Source of the DNA: Longimicrobiales bacterium | GTDB taxonomy: Bacteria > Gemmatimonadota > Gemmatimonadetes > Longimicrobiales > Gaopeijiaceae | DNA: 64,000 nucleotides | Direction of reading: 5' to 3' | Assembly (NCBI GenBank): GCA_965238005.1 | Contig: OZ250165.1 | Location: 2,304,001-2,368,000 of the forward strand | Shown here: positions 31,897-41,042 of the stretch, one piece after another | Position numbering within the stretch: position 1 is the stretch's first letter | Layout of the letters: each line of letters starts with the position of its first letter | Made by a program: the position numbers and the translations under genes | Notes under the pieces: model-generated | The model's database searches: none | What the model was told of the DNA's origin: nothing | Seen by the model: the letters and a program-made list of their open reading frames with translations, nothing else

Positions 31897-33498
31897 GAGT
31901 CTGCGCCGCAGAAGCACAGCTGACTGAGCCGAATGGTCATCGAGCCGTCCGCGGCGAGGCGGATCCGGGTGATTGGGAGGTTGAGGACTTGTGTCTGCGA
32001 CGGATCGGGAGAGCGGAATGGATGCGTTGGGGGGGGCAAGAGAGCTACGAGAGCCCTCGCGCCGGCAGATGCGGGTGAACCCTCGTGCAGTCATGCCGCC
32101 TGAAGGGTGTGCAGCCGCTTCACATTGAGTGCCAGGCACACGAGGGTCCACTCGGCCCGGACCTTCTCGAGGCCCCGGAAGCTGAATCGTCGAAAGCCCA
32201 TCACTTCCTTGATCCAGCCGATGGGCGCCTCGGCCTGCGACTTTCGCCGTGCGTAGCGTCTGCGGCCATCTTCGCTCGCCAGCTTCTCCGCCATGCGGAC
32301 TTTCGCCGGATATTCCTCCTTGTCAACCGTGGGGGCGGCCTTGCCCTCCCGGGCCAGCGCCACATACCCGTCGATGTCTCGCTCTTCCAGTTCCTCGAGA
32401 TCCCGCTCGTTGCAATAGCCCGTGTCCGCCAGCACCTGCGCCGGCGTCTCGCCGTACGCTTGCGCCACCGCGTCGACCATGGGCACCAGCTGGCCCTGGT
32501 CGCTCGCGTTGTCCGTCACCTCGGCCCCGACCACCAGCTGGTTCTCCCCCTCCACGACCGTCTGTGCGTTGTAGCACTGCTGGAACCCCTCCGAACTCGT
32601 CTTCATGATCCGGCTCTCAGGGTCCGTGAAGTTGCTCTGCGCCGCCTCGTCCGGCTCTCCGTACTCCCGCTTGTAGGGCCTGCCGCCCTTCGGGTTGCGC
32701 GTCTGCCCCGGCTTGCGGCCCCGTGCGTCGTCCGCCGCTCTCTGCTCGGCTTCCAGGCGCGCCTTCGCCTCCCGGATCGCCGCCAGCCGGTCCTCGCGCC
32801 GCTTGAGCTCCTCCGGCACCTCGTCTCCGCATGCTTCCTCGCCGTAGCGCTCGTCTTCCGCTTCGTCCACCGCCTCGGCCCTCTCCAACAGCCCCCGGAT
32901 CTCCGCCTCCAGCCGAGGCTCCCCGGTCACCATCCGGCCGTAGCTCATCGCCTTGCGCTTGTTCGCGTTCGCCCGAACCTTCGTCCCGTCCACCGACACC
33001 CTGCCAAGCCCCGCCAGCCCCAAGGCCCGCGCGAGCATCACCACCTCCACAAACACCGCCCGGAAATCCCCGAGATGGCGCTTGCGGAACTCGCACAGCG
33101 TCCGGTGCTTCGGGAAGTTCTCCGCCGCCAGCATCCGAAACGCGACATCCTCCTCCAGCTTCCTCGCCATCTTCCGCGACGAGAAGGTGCCCGTCGCATA
33201 CGCGTAGATCAGCACCTTGACCATCATCCGAGGGTCGTACGGCGAGTTGCGCCGCCCGTCCCCCCGGTACCGCCCGTAGAACGCGCTCAGCTCCACCGCG
33301 TCCACCAGGTCGCTCACATGGTGCGCCAAATGACCCTCCGACACCCACTCCCGAAGATCCGGAGGCAGCAACAACATCTGCTCCGGATCGTACGGTCGAA
33401 ATGTCGTTCCCATTCACCCCCCTCGGTGATCCGCAAGCCTTCCCAATGCCTTCGCTACCACCAAAGATAGCCGCCGCAGGGTTCTGCGGCGCAGACTC
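31897..33498 (-). mobile_element. IS1182-family insertion sequence, copy 2
   Basis: Same TIRs and CTAG flanks; differs from copy 1 by one extra G in a G-run as far as I can see. Confidence 0.9.
32091..33413 (-). CDS. IS1182-family transposase
   Basis: Translation identical to 30455..31777. Confidence 0.93.
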   Translation of the reverse strand: MGTTFRPYDPEQMLLLPPDLREWVSEGHLAHHVSDLVDAVELSAFYGRYRGDGRRNSPYDPRMMVKVLIYAYATGTFSSRKMARKLEEDVAFRMLAAENFPKHRTLCEFRKRHLGDFRAVFVEVVMLARALGLAGLGRVSVDGTKVRANANKRKAMSYGRMVTGEPRLEAEIRGLLERAEAVDEAEDERYGEEACGDEVPEELKRREDRLAAIREAKARLEAEQRAADDARGRKPGQTRNPKGGRPYKREYGEPDEAAQSNFTDPESRIMKTSSEGFQQCYNAQTVVEGENQLVVGAEVTDNASDQGQLVPMVDAVAQAYGETPAQVLADTGYCNERDLEELEERDIDGYVALAREGKAAPTVDKEEYPAKVRMAEKLASEDGRRRYARRKSQAEAPIGWIKEVMGFRRFSFRGLEKVRAEWTLVCLALNVKRLHTLQAA

Positions 33499-33714
33499 CT
33501 AGGGTTGCGTTCAGGCGGGTGATGGGATTGGTCATGCGATGCAAGATGCGCTCAGCAGACTCAGGCCGCTAGCAAACCAGCTCTATTGGGCGGCCAGTAG
33601 GTAGGCCAACGTCCGACCCAGAGGCGTCGTTACCTTGCAGCGTGTCTGAGCCCCAGACATGTTCCACAGACGCCCCACTCCGTAGTCCTCCCCAAAAGAG
33701 CGGAGAGATTTGGA

Positions 33715-33978
33715 ATGATCGGGATTGGCGAGCTGGTGCTGCTCATCTTGGCCTTCCTCTTCGCTGGTGGGGCTATCTCCCGGTTGGCCAGGTGGGCGTT
33801 CTTCCGACGGGCCTCTGGTGCGAAGCAAGTTCTGTGGGTGCTAGCCGATTGGATCAAGAAGCGGAGCGAAGCCCACGCTTTGGACTCGGCGGACATGGAT
33901 ACGCCGTCCGTGTCTGCGAAGAACACCGATACCCCACCTTCCCGTACTGAGGCCAGAGGAAACGAAGAACCACCCTGA
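33715..33978 (+). CDS. Small hypothetical membrane protein
   Basis: GGAGAG upstream; N-terminal TM then amphipathic/charged tail. Confidence 0.45.
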   Translation: MIGIGELVLLILAFLFAGGAISRLARWAFFRRASGAKQVLWVLADWIKKRSEAHALDSADMDTPSVSAKNTDTPPSRTEARGNEEPP

Positions 33979-34299
33979 GCGGGCCGGGAGGCGCAAGCAG
34001 AGCCCTGTCAGACGCCTGTATTTGCGTGTGATGCGTCTTCGGTGTCTGTTCGGTATCCAGGGTAGGCTGGAACGTTCTCAGCGCTTAGAGGGCCGTTATC
34101 GGCTTCGCCCATCTCGAGGAGTGCTATGTCCAGAACCGAGACCGTGTTGCACTTCAAAGTTGATGCTGGGAAGCTCCCGCGGTTGCCGCCCCGGACCACC
34201 TGGCCACCACCCCTCCCGCCAAGGTACAATCACACTTCGATAGCGCGGGCAGGCCCGTGCGCTCAGACAAGCGAAAGGGGCGCGGAGCGATGGTACGCA

Positions 34300-35019
34300 A
34301 TGCCTGAGGTCGACCTCTACGGCCCGATCAAGCGGTTCCTGGAAGCCCAGGGCTACACGGTAAAGGGCGAGATTGGGCCATGCGACGTCGTGGCGGTGCG
34401 AGGGGACGAAGGCCCGGTGGTAGTCGAGTTGAAAGAGCGCCTGAACCTTGCGCTTGTCCTTCAAGCTGTCGACCGGCTCTCGGTATCTGATGCTGTCTAC
34501 ATAGCGTTCCGCATCGGAAAGGGCCACAGCGCCTCATGGCGTTCCCGGAGGAAGCAAGTGACGAGCCTCCTTAGACGCCTCGGCCTGGGCCTTCTCACCG
34601 TCTCCGCGCGGGGAAACGTCGTGCCGGTCTTAGATCCCGCCCCTTACCGACCCAAGTCAAACGCTGGACGCCGCAAGCGCTTGCTCAGGGAGTTCGCCGA
34701 GCGAGTCGGGGATCCGGAGGCTGGGGGCTCCGCCTCCCGTCAACGGCTCACTGCATATCGTCAGGACGCGCTCCGGTGCGCACGAGAATTGGCCGCTGAG
34801 GGCGTCCTCAAGGTCAGCGTTATCCGCGAGCGTGCCGAAGTGCCGCGGGCCGGACCCATTCTGCGAGACAATTACTACGGCTGGTTCGATCGCGTGAAGA
34901 CTGGCCACTACGATCTCTCACCGAAGGGACGACGAGACCTCGCCCAATGGTCGGAGGCGCTCAAGAGCCTGGCGCCTAGACCTGAGGTTGGTCCCCCGCA
35001 CCGTGGCGCCCTCAAATAG
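34300..35019 (+). CDS. DUF2161-family putative PD-(D/E)XK protein
   Basis: E.DLY.PIK.FLEAQGY.VKGEI..CDVVA, VELK, LTAYRQDAL, NYYGWF, GHYDL. Confidence 0.8.
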   Translation: MPEVDLYGPIKRFLEAQGYTVKGEIGPCDVVAVRGDEGPVVVELKERLNLALVLQAVDRLSVSDAVYIAFRIGKGHSASWRSRRKQVTSLLRRLGLGLLTVSARGNVVPVLDPAPYRPKSNAGRRKRLLREFAERVGDPEAGGSASRQRLTAYRQDALRCARELAAEGVLKVSVIRERAEVPRAGPILRDNYYGWFDRVKTGHYDLSPKGRRDLAQWSEALKSLAPRPEVGPPHRGALK

Positions 35020-35049
35020 TAGTCGCCTTGCAGCTCGGGAGCGGGAGCT

Positions 35050-35143
35050 TCCTAACGATTCAGCGTTTCTGCTGCGGGCTACGATGCTAACCGCGATAGC
35101 GCTACGCAAGCTGATGCCGCCAGCAGGCAACTGCGTGTTAGAC
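35050..35143 (-). other. attC-like integron cassette recombination site
   Basis: Minus strand GTCTAAC...CTGCTG(G)CGG...CCGCAGCAG...GTTAGGA; RYYYAAC/GTTRRR ends with an extrahelical G. Confidence 0.6.
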
Positions 35144-35234
35144 GGTTCTACGGGTACAGCCTACCCTGATCCTTTACACAATGGCCTACACTGATGGTTG
35201 ACAGGTTCCTATCAACCAGGGTTCTGCAACTAGG

Positions 35235-35741
35235 AGAGATGGGTGGTGCTGGTTTTTCGTGGCGGTGGATCACTGCGTCACGGACGTGGTGGGCTGGCAC
35301 GTGGCGAAGAAGGGCGATCGGTGGGCAGCGCTCGAGCCGATCCGCCAGGGCGTACGGACCCACATGGACGACTACGCGCCCAAGATCGCTCTGGGGCTCG
35401 GCCTACGGCACGACTGGGGACCGCAGTACACGGCGCATCAGTTCCAGGGGGAGCTGGCCTGGCTCGGGATCCGCTCGACGGCCTCGTACGTGGGAGAGCC
35501 GGAGTGCAACGGCGTCGCAGAGCGCTTCATGCGGACGCTGAAGGAGGAGTGCTTGTACCTCCACGACTTCAAGAGTCTCGAGGAGGCCAGACAGGAGATC
35601 GACGCGTTTATCGAACGCTACAACCGCGGGTGGCTCCTAGAGCGGCATGGGTATCGGACCCCGGCCCAGGTCCGTCAGGAGCTCACCCTGAAGGCGGCTT
35701 GATTAGGCCGCCGACTTGTCCAGCAAACCGGAACCGGTACA
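35235..35741 (+). mobile_element. 3' remnant of an IS3-family element (OrfB C-terminus and right end)
   Basis: AVDHC...RHDWGPQY...NGVAERFMRTLKEE...YNRG; ends ...CCGGTACA at 35741. Confidence 0.8.
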
Positions 35742-36259
35742 GCCGCTTCCTGCCCGAGGCACGCCGTCAGAGGTGTACGGTCCATCTGCAGCGTAATGTG
35801 GGGGCGAGGGTCCCCCACCGCCTACGCAAGCGCGTGGCGCGTGAGGTCTCGGTGATCTTCCAGACATCCGGACTCGCCGAGGCGAAGAAGCTCCTGGGCG
35901 AGTTCGGCGCACGCTGGAAGAAGGAGCTGCCCGAGGCCGTGGAGGTCCTGGAGCGGGGCTTCGGGGCAGCGACGCAGTTCTACGCGTTCCCCGAGGCGCA
36001 CTGGCCCCGGCTGCGTACCACCAACAGCCTCGAGCGGCTGCACGGCGAGATCAAACGCAGGATCAAGGCCGCCGGCGCCTTCCCGGACCGGGCCAGCGCC
36101 CTCAGGCTCATCACGGCCGTCGCACTCAGGACCACACACGTCTGGGGCGACCGGCGTTACCTCGACCTCTCACTCCTCCAGAAACAGGAGGTCGCCCAAG
36201 CAGCCTAGCCGAAGGCGAGGAGCTTCCTCCGCTTTTACACACAAATCGGGACTTGACCC
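35742..36259 (+). mobile_element. 3' remnant of an IS256-family element
   Basis: QRCTVHLQRN, RTTNSLERLHGEIKRR, FPDRAS; right end TTTTACACACAAATCGGGACTTGACCC. Confidence 0.85.
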
Positions 36260-36501
36260 TCGGCATTCTCCACGAGCTTGGTGATGACCCAGTCCTGGCT
36301 CAACTCAGTCCGCTCGGACCGTTCTGCGAGGGCGATCTCAACCTGGGCAGCGATGTTAGCATTTCTTAACAGCCGGTGAGCTGCCACCTCAGCCCCGTTG
36401 GGGCTGTATCCAGCCCTGATAGCAGCCTGTGTACCGTTGAGGTCGATCGGATACTCCTCGGCGAAACGGCGCTGCTTCTCAGTCAACCCACGCCTCTTCA
36501 C
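36260..36501 (-). pseudogene. terS: Terminase small subunit, C-terminus removed by IS256
   Basis: LTEKQRRFAEEY..DLNGTQAAIRAGYS...A.RLL.N..I. Confidence 0.85.
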
Positions 36502-36766
36502 AGGAGCACCCCTTCTACTTGCGATTCAGCGTAAGTCGATGGGTGTCCGAGCTCGATTCCTTCTATCTCGGCGGCCAATCGACAGACTTGTTCGATGGCT
36601 TCGTGTGACTCTTGCCCATCGAGCATGTGCAGATGCTTCCAGATGGAGCGGAGTAGAGCCTCGTCCGCGAAGAACAGAGGCAAGTCAGCGATGACGCATT
36701 CGAGCGACTGGAGTTGACCCGCTTTGGTGGACACCTCAGTAGTGAGGGAGACAGGAGGAGTCCACG

Positions 36767-37081
36767 ATGCCAAGAACACATGCGCCGTACCCGCCGGAGT
36801 TTCGGCGGCAGATGGTCGAGTTGGTCAGGTCGGGCCGCTCCGTGGAGGAGCTGGCCCGGGAGTTCGAGCCCTCAAACGGGGCGATACGGAACTGGGTCAA
36901 ACAAGCTGACTTGGATGAAGGCCGTCGCAGTGACGGGCTGACGACGGAGGAGCGTGGGGAACTCAGGCAGCTTCGGCGTGACAACAAGCGTCTGCGCATG
37001 GAGCAGGAGATTCTAAAAAAAGCCGCCGCCTGGTTTGCTCGGGAGAGCAACTCGATCCCGGAACGGGGTTCGAGTTCATGA
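36767..37081 (+). CDS. IS3 transposase OrfA
   Basis: YPPEFRRQMVEL HTH, EILKKAAAWFA; A7G slippery site at about 37015-37022. Confidence 0.92.
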   Translation: MPRTHAPYPPEFRRQMVELVRSGRSVEELAREFEPSNGAIRNWVKQADLDEGRRSDGLTTEERGELRQLRRDNKRLRMEQEILKKAAAWFARESNSIPERGSSS

Positions 37082-37929
37082 AGACGAATCAGGCCGACTT
37101 CCCTGTGCGGGCGATGTGCCGTGTGCTGGATCTCTCCCCCAGCGGCTACTACGCCTGGTTGGATCGCGAGCCTTCGGCTCGGGCGAAGCGAGATGAGGAG
37201 CTCACAGAGCGGATCGAGACGGTCTGGCGCGAGAACCGAAGGGTCTATGGCCGGCCCCGCATCTACGCGGACCTCAAGGAAGCTGGCGAGCGGGTCGGTG
37301 AGAAGCGGGTGGGCCGGCTCATGAAGCAGGCCGAGATTGTGGGAGCTAGCCGGAGGCGGCGCGGCCCGAAGACGACCAGGCGCAACGAGGACGCCCGTCC
37401 CGCGCCGGATCTCATCGAGCGGGACTTCAGCGCAGACGGGCCAGACCAGTTGTGGGTGGCCGACATCACCTACATCCCGACCTGGGCGGGGTTCTTGTAC
37501 CTCGCGGTTGTGCTCGACGTCTGGAGCAGGCGGGTGGTCGGGTGGTCGATGGCTACGCACCTGCGCACCGAGCTCGTCCTGGACGCGCTGAACATGGCGA
37601 CCTGGCAGCGCCGGCCCGAATGCGTCATCCATCACAGTGATCAGGGAACCCAGTACACCTCGATCGCCTTCGGCCTACGCTGCAACGATGTCGGTGTGCG
37701 GCCCTCGATGGGCTCCGTGGGCGACGCCTACGACAACGCGATGTGCGAGAGCTTCTTCGCGACGCTCGAGTGCGAGCTACTCGACCGGCAGCGCTTCCGG
37801 ACCCAGGCCGAGGCGAAGATGGCCGTGTTCGACTTCATCGAGGGCTTCTACAACCCCCGGAGGCGACACTCGGCACTGGGTCAGCTGTCGCCCATCAACT
37901 TCGAGCGTCGCCACGGAGCGGCAGCATGA
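37078..37929 (+). CDS. IS3 transposase OrfB (DDE)
   Basis: WVADITY, HHSDQGTQY, DNAMCESFF, YNPRRRHS. Confidence 0.93.
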   Translation: MKTNQADFPVRAMCRVLDLSPSGYYAWLDREPSARAKRDEELTERIETVWRENRRVYGRPRIYADLKEAGERVGEKRVGRLMKQAEIVGASRRRRGPKTTRRNEDARPAPDLIERDFSADGPDQLWVADITYIPTWAGFLYLAVVLDVWSRRVVGWSMATHLRTELVLDALNMATWQRRPECVIHHSDQGTQYTSIAFGLRCNDVGVRPSMGSVGDAYDNAMCESFFATLECELLDRQRFRTQAEAKMAVFDFIEGFYNPRRRHSALGQLSPINFERRHGAAA

Positions 37930-38285
37930 GAAACCTGCGTGGCCAAGTTGCCCTTTACTCCCCCGCTGCGCGGGGGAAGCTTTCCTCTCCCCAGCGAGGG
38001 GGACAGACTATAAACCTCAGTGTTCACCCGTCCACTGAAACGGGACAGCTCCAGACCTTCCGATGCGCTTCGCCGATTCCCGTATGGCTGGGTGGACCTG
38101 ATCTGGTGAGCCATTCATGCGCGGTGTGGCGAGTGCGAGCATGAACACCGCTTTCCACCCACCACTGCTCCCGTCCGTAGCCTCCGCGAGAACTCGAAGA
38201 AAACAAAATTCCTCGAAACTGATGACCCCGTCTTCCAATGCTTCGTCGAGGTCCACACATATTTCGTCAATACGCTCAGCGACGC

Positions 38286-38798
38286 TCATGCTACTGTTCC
38301 TTCTCTGGCGATCCAGTCCTTCAGCCATTCACTGGCGTGGATGAGCAAGGGTTCATCTGCACCACCCCGACGTATGGTCTCTTCTTCAACGAGTTCCGCT
38401 GCCTCATCACAGAGCGTCGTGATCGCGAAGTACGAGTCTGGGCCGTCAAGCAGTGGTGCGTGTTTCCGCAGTGCTTGGATCACGTCGGGTTGGGTAGCGA
38501 GTGTCTTCGGTAGCTCCTTGAAGTTCTCGGCCAACCCAGCATCCAAGGGTGGCATCAGCGGGATCGTTCCCAGTCTTTTCTCCGATTCTGCAACCCACTT
38601 TGCTATGTGGTCTTCGCTTCGCCTGCACATGGCCATTACGAGCAGCCAAACGAGTGTGATCAGCCGGTCTTCATCTCTCCAGTCGGTATCCAAGGCGACG
38701 GCCTTCAGGAAGTCGCACTGCTCTTCGACGAGTAACCCTATCTCCTCGTAGCGTCGGAGGAGTCCGGTCCAGTCGTCGATGTGGCCTGCGATGGTCAT
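38286..38798 (-). CDS. Hypothetical protein (phage/satellite operon)
   Basis: ATGA overlaps with the helicase stop and the next gene. Confidence 0.75.
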   Translation of the reverse strand: MTIAGHIDDWTGLLRRYEEIGLLVEEQCDFLKAVALDTDWRDEDRLITLVWLLVMAMCRRSEDHIAKWVAESEKRLGTIPLMPPLDAGLAENFKELPKTLATQPDVIQALRKHAPLLDGPDSYFAITTLCDEAAELVEEETIRRGGADEPLLIHASEWLKDWIAREGTVA

Positions 38799-39718
38799 GC
38801 GGCTGCCTTCCTCCCGCTGGGCCATTCGTGGAGCTCATCTGGATCAGCCTGTCGAATTTGTAGAGTCTGGTAACTCATCCAGATCGGGAGCGAGCCTGTT
38901 GGGCCGTGCCGATTCTTCCCCAGGATCAGGTACGTCATCGCGCCCTTGCCGTCTGGGGATCTCTGGTAGCGCGAATGATCGAACATGAGGACTTGGTCGG
39001 AATCCGACTCCAAGGGCATCCCGCCGTGAAGTCCCTGAACCGTGGGGCTCTCCTGGTAGTTCTTTGATGTCTCCCTATTGAACTGGCTCAAGCCAACCGT
39101 GATAACGCGGTGCTCCCTGGCGAACCCACGTATCGAACGTGAGATGAGGGCGACTTCCTCGGGTCCAGTCTTGCCGGCGCTGCCCATCAACTGCATGTAG
39201 TCGATGATGAACAACGAGCAGCCCATCGACTTCCATTCGCCCATGACGGCGAGCACGTCGGCCACGTCGTGGAAGGCCTGATCGTTCACCGCGAATGGTT
39301 CGTCGGCATACGAAAGCATCTTCTCGACCGCCGCCTCGGCTTTGGATGGGTCGTAACTCGCCCCGCGCTCGAGGAAGGGCACATGCGTCCCGGTTCGGAT
39401 GGCGAGGTTACGGATCGCGAGTTGCTTGTGGGTCATCTCCAGGCTGACGTAGCCGACTGCGACACCGTGAGCTGCGGCATGGGCGCCGAGGTTGATGGCG
39501 AGAATCGACTTTCCATGACCAGGGTTGCCCGCCAGGGTGATGTGCCAACCCATCGCGATCCCGTCCCCGCCTCCGTCGTCCCTGGACATCACGTTCCACT
39601 GGGGAAGGAATGTCGGAGCGTAGTCGAATCCCGGTCGGAGTTCCTTCGCCTGGTGGGCCAGCAGGAGGTCGAGATACGGCTTCCGGTTGACATCGAACGA
39701 CTCGTAGAACTCGCTCAC
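38795..39718 (-). CDS. DnaB-like (SF4) replicative helicase
   Basis: GNPGHGKS, YVSLEM, IIDYMQL, LSQFNR, ESDSDQV, KNRHGPTG. Confidence 0.9.
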   Translation of the reverse strand: MSEFYESFDVNRKPYLDLLLAHQAKELRPGFDYAPTFLPQWNVMSRDDGGGDGIAMGWHITLAGNPGHGKSILAINLGAHAAAHGVAVGYVSLEMTHKQLAIRNLAIRTGTHVPFLERGASYDPSKAEAAVEKMLSYADEPFAVNDQAFHDVADVLAVMGEWKSMGCSLFIIDYMQLMGSAGKTGPEEVALISRSIRGFAREHRVITVGLSQFNRETSKNYQESPTVQGLHGGMPLESDSDQVLMFDHSRYQRSPDGKGAMTYLILGKNRHGPTGSLPIWMSYQTLQIRQADPDELHEWPSGRKAAA

Positions 39719-40470
39719 ACCATGCTCCGAGTTGTGTCAGCCATAGACGACGTGTCGCGCCGTCCGCCACCGTTCACGCCAGCCAGGTACCACCGCTCGC
39801 GGCGCTCCGCGTTCTTGAAGAGCGACTCGGGCAGCTGATAGGTGCGGACACTCATGTGGTGGTCGGAGGCGAGCACGGCCCGACAGATGGAGCGGAAGCG
39901 GGCCAACGGGTCCAGGTCGTCTTTCAATTGCTCGCGGTAGAGCGTGGCCAGAAGTTTCTTTCGGCTGTCGGTGAGCTTCGGGTGAGGTGGCTTGCCACCG
40001 AGTTCGTCCAACCACACCTGCCAGAGGTCGGCAATCGGTGGAGCCGATTTCGACGTATCTAGTTCTTTAGGCAGTTCTATAGACAGTTCATGTCCAGCAC
40101 CTGGACGGTCAGAGTCCACCTGCTGGACGGTCACCGTCTCTCTCCTGGACGGTCCACCTCCTGGACGGTCCAGGGTCTGGACGGTATAGCGGGTGGGGTT
40201 GGGCGGGTCCGGCTCCCTAGTAATGAAGCCCAAGACGGCGAGCTCACGGAGAGCCTGAATGACGGTCGAGCGAGCAAATCCAGTAGCCGTCGAGATAGTC
40301 TTGTGCGACGGCCAGGCGACGCCCCCGTTGGCGTGGACGATTAGCACGGTGAGCACCGCACGTTGGGGCGACGTAAGCTCATCGAGGAAACCAGCATCGG
40401 ATGGTTTCCACAACATGCGGAACGCATCCAGTGGGGTCTCTGCTCGGTCATTCTTGTCCTTCTTTGCCAT
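39715..40470 (-). CDS. Phage-type replication initiator with N-terminal winged HTH
   Basis: AWPSHKTISTATGFARSTVIQALRELAVLGFI; internal iterons; coupled to the helicase. Confidence 0.8.
   Translation of the reverse strand: MAKKDKNDRAETPLDAFRMLWKPSDAGFLDELTSPQRAVLTVLIVHANGGVAWPSHKTISTATGFARSTVIQALRELAVLGFITREPDPPNPTRYTVQTLDRPGGGPSRRETVTVQQVDSDRPGAGHELSIELPKELDTSKSAPPIADLWQVWLDELGGKPPHPKLTDSRKKLLATLYREQLKDDLDPLARFRSICRAVLASDHHMSVRTYQLPESLFKNAERRERWYLAGVNGGGRRDTSSMADTTRSMV
40101..40185. repeat. Five CTGGACGGT(C) direct repeats, putative origin iterons
   Basis: Copies start at 40101, 40123, 40145, 40161 and 40177. Confidence 0.8.
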
Positions 40471-40598
40471 CGTGCTCCCTCACGAGCTGTGTATGTGCGC
40501 CGGGCTCGATGGTGAGGCATCGAGGGGCCGAAGCCCACCGGCCCAATGGACCGGCCCCGGGTGTATTCAGTCCTTCACAAGCTCTAGGTCAGGTGTCA

Positions 40599-41042
40599 TC
40601 ACGCGGCGTCTCCCCTGACCACCCCGAACGCACGTCGCTCCGAATCCGAGGTGGTCATCGGTAGCTCATGAACGCTCTCCTCATTCTCTCTGAGCCAGGT
40701 CCGGATCTCGCCGGCCACGAACACGAGCGAGCCCTCCAGCAGTCGGTGCGGCAATCGGTCCTCTGGTGCACAATTCCCCGTGTGTCGGTAGACCCAGCTC
40801 TTTGATCGACCTAGCGCCTCGCATAGCTCCGTCACACCGAGCCGCGTCTCCGCTGGCATAGTCCAGAGCCGTTCGCGCCAATCGATGGCCAGCGCCGGAG
40901 CTCGTTCTGGCGTGTGATCCTCGACGGACCCTTCTTCATCGTCGTCGGCCAGCCAGGTCCGGATGCTCGATACGGTGAACGTCAGAGACGCGTCTTCCGG
41001 CAATACGTCGATAGCGGCCCGGAGGCGATCCTCGATTCTCAT
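40599..41042 (-). CDS. Excisionase/AlpA-like HTH protein
   Basis: LGVTELCEALGRSKSWVYR...LPH......VF...EIRTWL. Confidence 0.7.
   Translation of the reverse strand: MRIEDRLRAAIDVLPEDASLTFTVSSIRTWLADDDEEGSVEDHTPERAPALAIDWRERLWTMPAETRLGVTELCEALGRSKSWVYRHTGNCAPEDRLPHRLLEGSLVFVAGEIRTWLRENEESVHELPMTTSDSERRAFGVVRGDAA

Larger units (their letters stand above)
31863..33535 (-). pseudogene. 5' remnant of a Ser/Thr protein kinase gene split by IS1182 copy 2 and cut off at copy 1
   Basis: 33535->33499 plus 31892->31863 rejoin in frame as MTNPITRLNATLEGRYAIERQLG. Confidence 0.7.
36709..38053 (+). mobile_element. Complete IS3-family element
   Basis: TGGAGTTGACCCGCTTTGGTGGAC / GTCCACTGAAACGGGACAGCTCCA ends; 3-bp GAC duplication at 36706-08 and 38054-56. 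Confidence 0.92.
36498..38289 (-). pseudogene. Unknown 147-aa protein interrupted by IS3; paralog of 38286..38798
   Basis: Removing the IS and one GAC copy rejoins ...ESAKRIGR-S-LECVIADLP... in frame; ends overlap both neighbours. Confidence 0.8.

Noticed and set aside
30262..33498. Tandem IS1182 as a composite transposon or pure assembly duplication
   Set aside because: The 26-bp spacer is in-frame target-gene sequence with CTAG on each side, which fits two insertions and no cargo.
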